Shown here: one piece after another, positions 22,597 to 32,732 of the stretch
Position numbering within the stretch: position 1 is the stretch's first letter
How the letters are laid out: each line of letters begins with the position of its first letter
Assembly (NCBI GenBank): GCA_963774325.1
Contig: CAVZEF010000006.1
Span: forward strand, 1,214,003-1,278,002
From: an uncultured Pseudomonadota bacterium
GTDB taxonomy: Bacteria > Myxococcota_A > Polyangia > Fen-1088
DNA length: 64,000 bases
Reading direction: 5' to 3'
Position numbers and translations under genes: made by a program
Notes under the pieces: generated by a model
The model's database searches: none
What the model was told of the DNA's origin: nothing
What the model saw: the letters and a program-made list of their open reading frames with translations, nothing else

Positions 22597-23265
22597 ATGA
22601 AGAAAACGAGAACGATGATCGGGACTCTCATTCTGGCGGCGTCGGTCGCCGCCCCGGCGCTGGCCCAGAGCAATTCGACCGGCGAGGGCAGCACCGAGCA
22701 CGGCGTGTCCCGCTCGCTGGCGACCGTGCCCGTCGCGCCGACAGGGTTCGGGCTGCAGCTGGGCGGCGGCGTCACCGGCTTCACCCGGCAAGGCGCCCGC
22801 GACCAGTTCGGCACCGGCGGCTACTGGGATGTGCGCGCGCTGCTGGGCGCCGACAGCTTCATCGGAGCCGAGCTTGCGTACGTCGGCAGCGCGAGAGAGA
22901 TCAACGCCGCCGGCGTGACCGGCAACGCGGCGCTGCTCGGCAACGGCGCCGAAGCCGTGGCACGCGCCAACCTGCCGCTGTCGGCAGGCGCACTGCGCGT
23001 CGAACCATTCCTGTTCGGCGGCGTGGGGTGGACCTACTACAACATCGCCAACAGCGACTCCAACACCTCGAACATCAAGGATCACGCCAACGCTTTCACC
23101 ATCCCGTTCGGCGCCGGCGTCGGCCTCACCTACGCTCACTTCATCGTCGACGCGCGCTTCACCTACCGCGCGGTGTTCGACGACAAGCTGGTGCCGACCA
23201 GCGGCAGCGACAGCCTGGATCTCCAGAACTGGTCCGGAGGGCTGACGCTCGGTTACGAGCTGTGA
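22597..23265 (+). CDS. Outer-membrane beta-barrel protein (OmpA-like N-terminal barrel / OMP_b-brl family)
   Basis: Signal peptide MKKTRTMIGTLILAASVAAPALAQ; alternating beta-strand pattern; terminal aromatic ...GLTLGYEL. RBS GGAAGGA. Confidence 0.7.
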   Translation: MKKTRTMIGTLILAASVAAPALAQSNSTGEGSTEHGVSRSLATVPVAPTGFGLQLGGGVTGFTRQGARDQFGTGGYWDVRALLGADSFIGAELAYVGSAREINAAGVTGNAALLGNGAEAVARANLPLSAGALRVEPFLFGGVGWTYYNIANSDSNTSNIKDHANAFTIPFGAGVGLTYAHFIVDARFTYRAVFDDKLVPTSGSDSLDLQNWSGGLTLGYEL

Positions 23266-23289
23266 TCGGAGGAGCCCCCTCGACCCGCT

Positions 23290-23356
23290 CGAGGCCCCTT
23301 CATCCCGGACGGTCGCGCAACCGCGGCCGTCCGCGGACGAGGGGGCCTTCTTTATT
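23290..23356. terminator. Bidirectional intrinsic terminator between the convergent OMP and HK genes
   Basis: Nested stem GGCCCC..GGACGG...CCGTCC..GGGGCC, followed by TTCTTTATT. Confidence 0.5.
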
Positions 23357-23361
23357 GAGCG

Positions 23362-24111
23362 TCAGTGCTGGTGGCGAGGCAGGCGGATCGAGAACGTGGT
23401 GCCGAGGTCGCGGCTCGACTCCACCGAGATGGTGCCGCCGTGCGCGTCGACGATCTCTCGCACGATGAAGAGACCCAACCCCAACCCGCGCGGGCGCGGC
23501 TGGTCGGAGTCGCCGCGCGGACCCTGCGTGAACGGCTGGAACAACGATGCGACCTGCTCGGGCGGAATCACCGGGCCGCGGTTCTTCACCGCCAGCAGCG
23601 CCTCGTCCTCACGCACGTCGATCGCCACCTCGATGGGCGTGTCCGACGAGCCATGGACGATCGCGTTCCCGATCAGGTTCGCCAGCACCTGCTCCACGCG
23701 CGCCGGGTCCAGCTCGAACGGCCGCAGGCCGCGCACCTCGAGCGCGATGACGCGATCCGGGTAGGTGACGCGAAGCTCGTCGACGATGCGGCCCGCGATC
23801 TCGCCGGGCTCGGCGAGCACGGGGCGCGTCGGCAGCGCGCCGCGCCAGTGGCTCTCGCTGAAGTCGAGCAGCGACTGGACCATGGCCAGCGACCGTTGCG
23901 CCGCCCGGTCCATCTGGGCCAGGCGCTCGCGCACGTCCTCGGGCAAGTCCTCGCGCGACATGGTCACGCGGGCCAGCGCGGCGATCGCGCTCAGCGGATT
24001 GCGCAGCTCGTGGCCCAAGATGCCGGTGATGATGCCGGCGATACCGGCCATGCCGGGCGGCAGGTCTTGCATTCGTAGCGCCTGATCGGAGGTCACGCGA
24101 GAGGATGCCAT
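23362..24111 (-). CDS. Cytoplasmic sensor histidine kinase (HisKA + HATPase_c)
   Basis: H-box HELRNPLSAI; N, G1 and G2 boxes (GNAIVHG, RGLGLGL, GGTISVES). Confidence 0.8.
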   Translation of the reverse strand: MASSRVTSDQALRMQDLPPGMAGIAGIITGILGHELRNPLSAIAALARVTMSREDLPEDVRERLAQMDRAAQRSLAMVQSLLDFSESHWRGALPTRPVLAEPGEIAGRIVDELRVTYPDRVIALEVRGLRPFELDPARVEQVLANLIGNAIVHGSSDTPIEVAIDVREDEALLAVKNRGPVIPPEQVASLFQPFTQGPRGDSDQPRPRGLGLGLFIVREIVDAHGGTISVESSRDLGTTFSIRLPRHQH

Positions 24112-24293
24112 GGAGTCTCGACTGGTCAACCGCAACTGATGGTTTCACGACGCCTGTCGCTTTTCCGACAGGCGTCGAGGAGGCGCAAACGCGTCCCCTC
24201 CCCTTCAAGACGAATGAACAAGCCCGCGCGCGACATGAAATTCGATCTTTCGGCAGGTAGCGCTCGCGCACAAAGTTTGCTTCACTTTGACGG

Positions 24294-25668
24294 ATGCAGC
24301 CCCCGGCATCCGAAGTTCGACGGCGCGCCCGCTACCACGCGCTGCGCGGCGGCCCGCGGGAACTGGCGCAGGGGGTCGCGCGCACGCGTCGTTTTCTCGT
24401 GCTGTTCTTCCAGGTCGCGGCGCTCGGCTTCCTGGCCGTGCGCGGCTTCCCCTGGCCGCGGCTGGTGGCTCACGCGCTCATCTGTCTCTTTTACCTCGCG
24501 GTCTCGCGGTACCCGTCGCCTGCCACCGAGCGCGCCAAGATCCGGATGCTCATCGGCGGCTTGCTGTCTTTCGGCGCCTGGCTCGCCAACACCGGCGGCC
24601 TGTCGAGCCCGCTCATCCCGATCGGCCTCGGCATGCTGCTGCCGGCCATGCTGGTCTTCGAGACGCGCAAGCAGAAATGGCAGTTCGCCGTCGGCGGGCT
24701 GGCGGTGGTCCTGGCGGTGGCGCTGCTGTCGCTGTGGCCCGTCGGTGCGCTCGTCGCGCCGCTCGCTCCGCGCGGCGGACACCCCTCGCCGGAGTTCGTG
24801 GCACTTGTGGCCGGCTCGATCCTGGTCACCGCCAGCCAGGTGTCCGCCTTCTGGGCGCACGTGGCGGCCGCGTACGACCAGGTCGCCATCGAGCTCGGCG
24901 CGCGGCGCGAGGAGCTGTGCTCCGTCGGCGAGGACCGCACGCGCGAGCTCGAGGGCGCCGCCGCGCACCTGGCCCACGAGATGAAGAACCCGCTGGCATC
25001 GATCAAATGCCTGTCGACGCACCTGGCGCGCGGCTGCTCGCTGGACGCCAAGACGGTCGAGCGGCTCGAGGTCGTCTCGGCCGAGGCCGACCGCCTCGAG
25101 TCGATCGTCGACGGTTTCGTTTCACTGTCGCGCGGGCTCGGCGATCTGATCGTGCGGCGCCTGCGCCCCTTCGAGCTCGCGCGCGAGCTCAAGCTCCTGC
25201 TCGATGCGCGCGCCAACGACGCCGGCGTGACGCTCGAGGTTTCCGGGAAGCCCGAAGTCGAGGTGGACGGCGACGTCCGCAAGATCCACCGCGCGCTGTT
25301 CTGCCTGGTGATGAACGCCGTCGCAGGCCTCGCGCGCCGGTCAGACCGTGACCATCGACGTGACCGCGATGGCGGCGCCGGCCGCGGGCGCGCGCGTCCG
25401 CATCGTCGATCACGGCGAGGGCATGAGCCCCGAGGTGCTCGAGCGGCTGAAGCGGCCGCCCTTCACGCACGCGCAAGCAAGGGGCCGGACTGGGCGTGGC
25501 CGTGGCGCGCACGCTGATCGAGCAGCACGGTGGCCGCCTGTCGACTACGAGAGCGCGCCCGGCCAGGGAACCACCGTGATCGTCGAGCTGCCACGCGAGC
25601 CACCCAGCTGGGCGGCGGCGCCCAAGCTGTTCCCCGACTCCCTTCGCGAGCATCGCGAGGCCAGCTAA
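24294..25668 (+). CDS. Membrane sensor histidine kinase (multi-TM N-terminus, HisKA, HATPase_c), with two frameshifts in the ATPase region (~25300-25500)
   Basis: H-box [10 protein letters not shown]. The N-box LFCLVMNAV runs into nonsense. The frame of ORF 25348..25668 then restores [12 protein letters not shown]...[11 protein letters not shown]. Confidence 0.65.
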
Positions 25669-25685
25669 AGGATCGAGGCCCACTG

Positions 25686-27121
25686 ATGCAAGCCGTCGCG
25701 AAACAAACAGTCATGACACAAGCACTGGTCGAGCGCGCCACCGCGCGCATATCGGGCCGCGTCCTCGTGATCGACGACGACGCCTCGTTGCGCTTCGCGC
25801 TCGAAGCGGTGCTCGGCGATGCCGGGCTCACGGTCGTGAGCAGCGCCAGCGGCGCGGCCGGTCTGCAGGCCTTCGAGGCCAGCGGCGCCGACGCCGTCCT
25901 CACCGATCTGGCGATGCCGGAGATGGACGGGCTCGAGGTGCTGAGTCGCCTGCGCGCGCTCGATCCCGGCGTGCCCGTGATCATGCTGACCGCGCACGGC
26001 TCGGAGCGCGTCGCGGTCGCCGCGATGAAGGCGGGCGCGTACGACTACCTGCCCAAGCCGTTCGATCCCGACGAGATCGCGCTCGCCGTTCGGCGCGCGA
26101 TCGAGACGCGCGCCGTTGCGGCTGCAGAACGCGCTGCTGCGCACCGAGAGCGCGCTCGGCCGCGCCATCGTGGCGCCGAGTCCCGGCCATGCGGCGCGTG
26201 CTCGAGACCGTGGCACGGGTCGCGCCCAAGGACGTGACCGTGCTGTTCACCGGCCCGAGCGGCGCCGGCAAGGACGTCGTCGCCACGGCGCTGCACGCGC
26301 ACTCGCGGCGCGCCGACAAGCCGTTCATCCGCTTCAACGCCGCCGCGATCCCCACCGAGCTCGCCGAGGCCGAGCTGTTCGGTCACACCAAGGGCGCGTT
26401 CACCGGCGCCCAGATCGGCCAAGCTCGGGCTACTTTCAGCAGGCCGACGGCGGCACGCTGTTCATCGACGAGGTCGGCGAGCTGCCGCTGGCGATCCAGG
26501 CCAAGCTGCTGCGCGCGCTGCAGTCGGGCGAGGTGCAGCCGGTGGGCGGACGGCCCGAGAAGGTCGACGCGCGGCTGGTCGCGGCGACCAATCGCGATCT
26601 GGCCGGCGAAGCCAAGGCGGGGCGCTTCCGCGAAGACCTCTTCTATCGCCTGAACGTCGTGCCGATCCGCGTGCCGCCGCTGCGCGAGCGACCCGAGGAC
26701 ATCGAACCGCTGCTGCACGCGTTCGTGCGCCAGTACGTCGAGCGCTACGGAATGACCCAGGTCCAGGTCGAGCCGGCGCTGGTCGACGCGATGAAAGCGC
26801 ACGCCTGGCCGGGCAACGTTCGCGAGCTCGAGAACACGGTCGCGCGTCTGCTGGCGCTGGCGCCCGACGAACGCCTCTCGCTGGCGCTGTGGCGATCGCT
26901 GGCCGAGCCTCGCTCGCCCGGCGAAGGAGCGGAAGCCGGGCTATCCAGGGGCGATCCCGGGCCCGAACTACCCGCTGCGCACGCGGGTCGAGACGTTCGA
27001 GCGCGAGATCATCGCCGAGCAGTTCAGCGCCGCCAAGAACAACCAGAGCGAGACCGCCCGGCGCCTCGGCGTGTCGCGGCCCGCGCTGGTCGAGAAGCTG
27101 CACAAGTACGAGCTGCTCTGA
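25686..27121 (+). pseudogene. Sigma-54-dependent response regulator (NtrC family: REC + AAA+ sigma-54 interaction + Fis HTH), split over at least 4 frames
   Basis: REC: [12 protein letters not shown]...[12 protein letters not shown]+: [40 protein letters not shown]: ETARRLGVSRPALVEKLHKYELL*. Each block is in a different frame. Confidence 0.7.
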
Positions 27122-27287
27122 CCGTCGCCCCATTCCGGGTGGCAAAGTCCGGGTGCAAAGCCCCGACTGTAAAGTCCGACGACACACGACGGAAGCGCGA
27201 CAGGCGCCGGGGCCGGCGCACCGCGATTGAGCGCTGGCCGAACGCGACCGCTCGACCGGCGCGCCGGTTGCAGAAGCACGGCGCGCG

Positions 27288-28598
27288 ATGAAACAGCCTC
27301 TGCCGACCCTTCTCCGTTCAATTGCCCGTTCCTTTCGCGCGCGGTGCGCGCTGACCTGCGTCTCGCTCCTCGGCCTGCTGGCCTGGTCGCCGGCGGCGCG
27401 CGCGCTGCAACCGCTCGACGACTTCGTGCGTGGCGCTCGCGTGCAGAGCCCCGTGAACCGCGAGGCCGCGGCGAACAGCGCCGCCGCCGACGCGCGCGCC
27501 GCGGAGGCGTTCGGTCACGCGCTGCCGGGTTTGTCGGCGGCGGCCACCTACACGCGCAACCAGTGGAACGTGGAGTTCGGCGGGCTGGCGGTGTCACCGA
27601 CAGACCAGTTCGACGCCGCGGTCGCTCTCACGGTGCCGCTCGTCGATCTGGCGAAGTTCGCGCGCATCTCGGGCGCCGACCGGACGGCCGAAGCCGCCGC
27701 CAACCGCGAGGAGGCCGTCGCGCGTGAGACCGAAGCGCAGGTCGTGCAGCTCTACTACCAGCTCGCGGCGGATCTCGCGCTGGTCCAGGTCGCGCAGAGC
27801 GCGCTCGATGTGGTGCGGGTCAATCTCAAGCTGACCGACCAGGCGGCGCGCGCGGGTACCGTGACGGCGCTCGACGTGCAACGCGCCACCGTCGAGGTCG
27901 AACGCCAGATCCAGCAACTGACCAGCGCCGAGCTCGAAGTGAAGGTGGTCGCGCGCACGCTGGCGTCGCAGACCGGCGTCGTCGCCGACACCGCAGGCGG
28001 CGCACCGCTGACCGACGACCTTCACCCCGAGCCCGGGTTGAATGGGTTCGAAGCCACGGCTCCGTCCACGCCCGCGGTGCGGGCGGCGGCGCTGGATCGG
28101 GCGGCGGCCGAACGCGCCGCGACCGCGCAGCGCCTGTCGTTGCTGCCCGCGCTCAGCGCGGGCGCCAGCGAGCGCTACACCAACGCCACCGGCTTTCTCA
28201 ACGGCCATCACGAGGCGTACGCGGCCACGTTGTCGCTGGTCTGGGCGCTCGACTTCGCCACGGCGCCGGGCCTGCGCGCGCGCAACGCCGAGGCCGCCGC
28301 CGCGCGCGCGCGTGAAGATCAGCTCCGCCTCTCCATCGGTGACGCGATCTTCCGGACCTGGAGCGGCATCGACGCCGGCATCACGCGCAGCCGATCGGCC
28401 CGCACCCAGGCGGCGGTCAGCGCGCGCGCCGCCGAGGTCGCGCGCACCCGCTATCGCTCGGGCGTGGGCACGCAGCTCGAGCTGATCCAGGCCGATCGAG
28501 ACGCCTTCGCCGCCGAGGCCGGCCGCATTCAGGCGGACGCCGACCTGCTCAACGCACGCGCGCAGCTCCGCCTGCTCGCCGGTGCCGCCTCGAACTAG
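27288..28598 (+). CDS. TolC-family outer membrane efflux protein
   Basis: Signal peptide; two OEP repeats with long coiled-coil segments. Intact. Confidence 0.8.
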   Translation: MKQPLPTLLRSIARSFRARCALTCVSLLGLLAWSPAARALQPLDDFVRGARVQSPVNREAAANSAAADARAAEAFGHALPGLSAAATYTRNQWNVEFGGLAVSPTDQFDAAVALTVPLVDLAKFARISGADRTAEAAANREEAVARETEAQVVQLYYQLAADLALVQVAQSALDVVRVNLKLTDQAARAGTVTALDVQRATVEVERQIQQLTSAELEVKVVARTLASQTGVVADTAGGAPLTDDLHPEPGLNGFEATAPSTPAVRAAALDRAAAERAATAQRLSLLPALSAGASERYTNATGFLNGHHEAYAATLSLVWALDFATAPGLRARNAEAAAARAREDQLRLSIGDAIFRTWSGIDAGITRSRSARTQAAVSARAAEVARTRYRSGVGTQLELIQADRDAFAAEAGRIQADADLLNARAQLRLLAGAASN

Positions 28599-29622
28599 GC
28601 GTCACGCGCCGCGGGGCTATCTCGTCTCTCCTCGTGACGACATCATCGTCGTCATCGGAGACCCAACCGTGCTCATCGCGATCTCAGCTCTGGCCTTGCT
28701 CGCAGCCACGTACTGGCTCTTCCCGCGACCGTGGGCGCGGATCTTCATGGCCGCCGAACGGGCGCGCTGCGGCGTGCGCCGCAGGACCGTCGTCGTCGCG
28801 GGGCGTCCCTTCTCCTGCTGGGACGGCGGCCGGGGCACGGCCATCGTCATGCTCCACGGCTTCGGCGCCGACAAAGATCACTGGACGGGCGCTGCGCGCC
28901 ACCTCAGGCGCCGCTTCCGCGTCGTCGCGGTCGACCTGCCCGGCTTCGGCGAGACGCCGGTCGACGCCCACGAGCCGCTCGACGTGCGCAGCCAGGCCGC
29001 GCGCGTTCGCGCGTTCATCGACGCGCTCGGCATCCAGCGCTTTCATCTCGTCGGCAACTCGATGGGCGGGCACGTCGCCGGCGTGCTCGCGCACGACTTC
29101 CCCGGCGGCGTGCTGAGCTTGACGCTCGTCGAGACGCACGGCGTGCATTCGCCGACGCCGAGTCTGGTCGACCTCGAGATCGCGCGCGGCGAGTATCCGC
29201 TGGTGCCGGCCACGGCGCGCGAGTTCGCGCGACTCGCAGCGCTGGCATTCGTGCGTCGGCCGTTCATCCCCGGCGCCGTGCTGCGCGCCCTCTGCGCCGA
29301 CGCGCTGGCGAACCGTCCGCTGCGGCTGCGGCTCTGGGCCGATCTGTGGGGCAGCCAGGCTTACTTGCTCGAATCCCTGCTTCCGCGACTCACGCTCCCC
29401 ACGCTGATCCTCTGGGGCGACACCGATCGCTTCTTTCACCGCACGGCCGTCGAGACACTGCGCCACGGGCTGCCCCACGCGCGCGCCGTCGTGATGGACA
29501 GATGCGGCCATGTCCCGATGTTCGAGCGTCCCGCGGAGTTCGCGACGCACCTCGCTCACTTTTTCGCCGAGTCAGCGTTGCGTCCACCTTGCGGTGACCT
29601 TATCGAGAGAGGACGAACATGA
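28582..29622 (+). CDS. Alpha/beta-hydrolase-fold protein with an N-terminal TM segment (alternative start GTG ~28669)
   Basis: HGFGADKDHW and nucleophile elbow GNSMGG. It overlaps the TolC gene's 3' end. Confidence 0.65.
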   Translation: MPPRTRRHAPRGYLVSPRDDIIVVIGDPTVLIAISALALLAATYWLFPRPWARIFMAAERARCGVRRRTVVVAGRPFSCWDGGRGTAIVMLHGFGADKDHWTGAARHLRRRFRVVAVDLPGFGETPVDAHEPLDVRSQAARVRAFIDALGIQRFHLVGNSMGGHVAGVLAHDFPGGVLSLTLVETHGVHSPTPSLVDLEIARGEYPLVPATAREFARLAALAFVRRPFIPGAVLRALCADALANRPLRLRLWADLWGSQAYLLESLLPRLTLPTLILWGDTDRFFHRTAVETLRHGLPHARAVVMDRCGHVPMFERPAEFATHLAHFFAESALRPPCGDLIERGRT

Positions 29623-30416
29623 CGAAAGGGCGGCAGCCCACGAAGGCGAGCGCGAAATGGGCGGCGCTGGTGTTCGCGCTGCTCGCGATGGCTCTCTCCG
29701 CCGACAGGAGCCCTGCCGAGGCCGCCAGGCCGCCGCGCGCTCGCAACGTCGTTCTGGTGCACGGAGCCTGGGCCGACGGCTCGAGCTGGAGCGACGTCAT
29801 CGCGCGGCTTCAGGCGGCGGGCCTGCACGTCACGGCGGTGCAAAATCCGCTGACGTCTCTCGCCGATTCTGTCGCCGCGACCCGGCGGGTTCTGGCTCTC
29901 CAGGACGGGCCGACGGTCCTGGTCGCCCATTCCTGGGGCGGGACGGTCATCACCGAGGTTGGAACCGACCCGAAGGTCACCGCCCTGGTCTACGTCGCGG
30001 CGCGAGCGCCGGATGCGAACGAGGACTTCGTCGCCTTCTCCGCGAAGTTCCCGACGATGCCCTTGCGGGCAGGCGTCGAGACCCACGCTGGCTGGAGCAC
30101 CATCTCGCAGGCTGCCTTTCTCGACTTCTTCGCGAACGGCGTCCCGCCGGACAAGGCCAAGGTCCTCTACGCCGTTCAAGAGCCGACGGCCGTCTCCCTG
30201 TTCGGCGAGCGGACGTCCGTCGCCGCGTGGCGGTCCAGGCCGAGCTGGTACGCCGTCTCCAGGCTCGATCAAACGATCTCACCGGAGCTGGAACGAGCGC
30301 TGGCGGCGCGCATGAAGGCCACCACGATCGAGCTGCCCGCGGGCCACCTGTCGCTCGTCTCTCATCCTCGAGAGATCGCCGACCTGATCATGACCGCGGC
30401 AGGCCGCGTGCCCTAG
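29619..30416 (+). CDS. Secreted alpha/beta hydrolase
   Basis: Signal peptide MTKGRQPTKASAKWAALVFALLAMALSA. Motifs LVHGAWADGSSW and AHSWGG. ATGA overlap with the upstream gene. Confidence 0.75.
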   Translation: MTKGRQPTKASAKWAALVFALLAMALSADRSPAEAARPPRARNVVLVHGAWADGSSWSDVIARLQAAGLHVTAVQNPLTSLADSVAATRRVLALQDGPTVLVAHSWGGTVITEVGTDPKVTALVYVAARAPDANEDFVAFSAKFPTMPLRAGVETHAGWSTISQAAFLDFFANGVPPDKAKVLYAVQEPTAVSLFGERTSVAAWRSRPSWYAVSRLDQTISPELERALAARMKATTIELPAGHLSLVSHPREIADLIMTAAGRVP

Positions 30417-30423
30417 TGCCGAG

Positions 30424-31386
30424 TCAGATCTCCGGCGAACGCCGCTCCAGCAGCTGTCGATCCCACTTCGCAAGGTCGGCGGCTGCCTCGTAGGTGCTCT
30501 GCAGGAAGGCGAGAATCTCCGACGACGGATCCGCCGCGGAGCGCACAGCCGCATAAGGAAGCACGAACTCGCCCAATGACGGCTCGTAACGAGCAGCATC
30601 GGGGCGAACGGGGGCGTCCGAGAACCCGGCGGGCGTCGGATAGGCGTACGAGTAAAAGGCGGCCTCCGGAAACCTGGCGTCGCCGGCCCAGAACCCGGCG
30701 CTGCTCACTTCGTGTGAATAGGCCTCCCGCATCACCCAGTCGCCCACGTGGGGTATCCCCCCGGGGTGCGGCGGCGCGGGACGTCCGGAGAAGCGCGTGA
30801 CCGCCAGGTCGAAGGCGCCCCAAAACAAGTGGACCGGGCTGGCTTTCCCGACAAACCGGCCGCGAAACTCCTTGAGCACGCGATCTGCCTGAATGAGGAC
30901 GCGGAAGAATCGGTTCGCCCAGTCGCAATCGTAGCGACAGAGGCGCTGGTCCTGGTCCAGCGCCACCCGCTCGGGAACCTCGACCGCGACCGGGGAGATC
31001 GTGAGCGACACACCGAGCTCTCCCAGCAGCCGCATGTAATCGGCAAAGAAGCCGGCGAGCGATTGGTCGCAAAGGGCCATCGACCCGACGCCGCCGTCGC
31101 TGGTTCGCGCGACCAGCCGGTGGTCGATGAAGTCGAGCTCGATGTCGAGCAAACGATCCCCGACCGGCATGGCCGAGGTCGTCAGGCCGCGCGCCGTCAC
31201 CAGGAGCGGCACGTGCCACCAGTGGTTCACCGCCGGCGAGAGCGCCAGGCGAGTCTTGCCGAGCACCTGACTCCAGAGCAGCAGGGACTGACGGGTCTCG
31301 ACGCCTCTTCCAACATCGAGCCGCGGCCACGCCTCTGCGCTGCCCGGAGCTCGTGAATCGGCGGTTCCAAGGGAATTCGGTGACAC
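30424..31386 (-). CDS. Conserved hypothetical protein (DUF5996-like)
   Basis: Intact 320-aa ORF with normal composition. Confidence 0.6.
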   Translation of the reverse strand: MSPNSLGTADSRAPGSAEAWPRLDVGRGVETRQSLLLWSQVLGKTRLALSPAVNHWWHVPLLVTARGLTTSAMPVGDRLLDIELDFIDHRLVARTSDGGVGSMALCDQSLAGFFADYMRLLGELGVSLTISPVAVEVPERVALDQDQRLCRYDCDWANRFFRVLIQADRVLKEFRGRFVGKASPVHLFWGAFDLAVTRFSGRPAPPHPGGIPHVGDWVMREAYSHEVSSAGFWAGDARFPEAAFYSYAYPTPAGFSDAPVRPDAARYEPSLGEFVLPYAAVRSAADPSSEILAFLQSTYEAAADLAKWDRQLLERRSPEI

Positions 31387-31487
31387 GGCCAGCTCCTCTG
31401 CTGCGTCGGATTAGAGCACGATGGTGTCAGCTTGGCGGTCGGGTCGTCCCCTGGTTCGTCGCGCAACGACGGGACGACCGACCCCCG

Positions 31488-32033
31488 TCACCCCTCGCCC
31501 TCCGGTTTGCGACGCCGCATGAGCGCAATGTACGTGACCGCGTCCCAGGCGTTGTGGATCCCGACGAAGAGCAGGACCAGCGACGCCGCCGCGATGACGA
31601 ACAGCCAGGGCCCGGGATCGGAGGGCAAGCCGATCCCGCCCACCAGGAACGCGCTGTAAGCCACCAGCGGCAGCACGCTGTGAAAGATCCAATCCTCCAG
31701 CACCGGCTTGTAGTCGGTCTGCCGGCGCGCATGTCGCAGGACGACCAGCGTATAGATGACGCCGACCAGCGCGAACGCCACGATCGCGATCGCCGCGTTG
31801 CTGTACCGCCGCCAGGGCGCGCTCAAGATCGCGGCGTTGAGAAGGACCGCGCAGAAGTGCACGACCGTCGGCGTTCCGAACGCGCGCGTCGTGTGCACCG
31901 TCGCGGTAGTGCTGATCTCCGCGCCCAGGACGATCACCACGAACTGCAGCCCGGTCAGCGCGGCGGCCGACGACCCGACGATGACGTAGAAGCTCTCCCA
32001 GGCGGCGAACAGCGAATGTGTTGCTGATTCCAC
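31488..32033 (-). CDS. Hypothetical integral membrane protein (~181 aa, GTG start after GGAGG)
   Basis: Hydrophobic helices (FVVIVLGAEI, IAIVAFALVGVIYTLVVL, LFVIAAASLVLLFVGI). The upstream portion of ORF 31488..32486 is shadow-like. Confidence 0.5.
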   Translation of the reverse strand: MESATHSLFAAWESFYVIVGSSAAALTGLQFVVIVLGAEISTTATVHTTRAFGTPTVVHFCAVLLNAAILSAPWRRYSNAAIAIVAFALVGVIYTLVVLRHARRQTDYKPVLEDWIFHSVLPLVAYSAFLVGGIGLPSDPGPWLFVIAAASLVLLFVGIHNAWDAVTYIALMRRRKPEGEG

Positions 32034-32153
32034 GGTGGACCTCCGCCGTGATTCTAGTTCGGAACTCAGCCGTGCCGGCCGTTTCTGCACGTTGTCCGCA
32101 TACTGGCGCGATTGCGGGGACGACCCAACTTGCAGATGAAAGCGAGTCGCAAC

Positions 32154-32732
32154 ATGGTGAACATCGCGCCTCCGCCGCCCGCCTCGGGCGTCCTCTCCCA
32201 TGGGCTGTCGCCGGGCGGTCGCGCGCCAGAGCTCGACGTGCCCGTGACGCCCGGCGGCCGCCCGGTGCAGCTCGCGGACTATCGCGGCGCACCGCTCGTG
32301 CTGATCTTCTATCCCGGCGACTTCACGCCGGTCTGCACGAGCGAGCTCGGCCTCTTCAACGAGCTCCTGCCCGATCTGCAAGCGCTCGGCGCCAACGTTC
32401 TGGGGATCTCGTGCGACTCGCTCTGGGCACACGGCGCGTACGCCCGGGAGCTGAAGCTGCGCCTGGGGCTGGCCTCGGATTTTCACCCCAAGGGGGCGCT
32501 GTCGCGGCGCTACGACGTGTACCGCGACGACATCGGCACGTGTGAACGAGCGCTGTTCGTCGTCGACGGTGAGGGCTCGATCTTCTGGAGCGAGGTCTCG
32601 CCGATCGAGCTCAACCCGGGCGCGGATGGCGTTCTCGACGCGCTCGAGCGCCTGAGCGGCCGCGACGTGGCATTCGCGTCGACCTTGCGCTCGCCCGAGC
32701 CGCCGTCCGCTCAGCGGGAGGGCCAGCGATGA
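32154..32732 (+). CDS. Peroxiredoxin (AhpC/TSA, Bcp-like)
   Basis: Motif FYPGDFTPVCTSEL. Confidence 0.8.
   Translation: MVNIAPPPPASGVLSHGLSPGGRAPELDVPVTPGGRPVQLADYRGAPLVLIFYPGDFTPVCTSELGLFNELLPDLQALGANVLGISCDSLWAHGAYARELKLRLGLASDFHPKGALSRRYDVYRDDIGTCERALFVVDGEGSIFWSEVSPIELNPGADGVLDALERLSGRDVAFASTLRSPEPPSAQREGQR

Noticed and set aside
23609-25282. Several 200-260-aa ORFs antisense to the histidine kinase genes (23609..24271 -, 24139..24984 +, 24491..25282 -)
   Set aside because: Shadow ORFs with Arg/Ala/Ser-rich composition, opposite to genes that have clear catalytic motifs.
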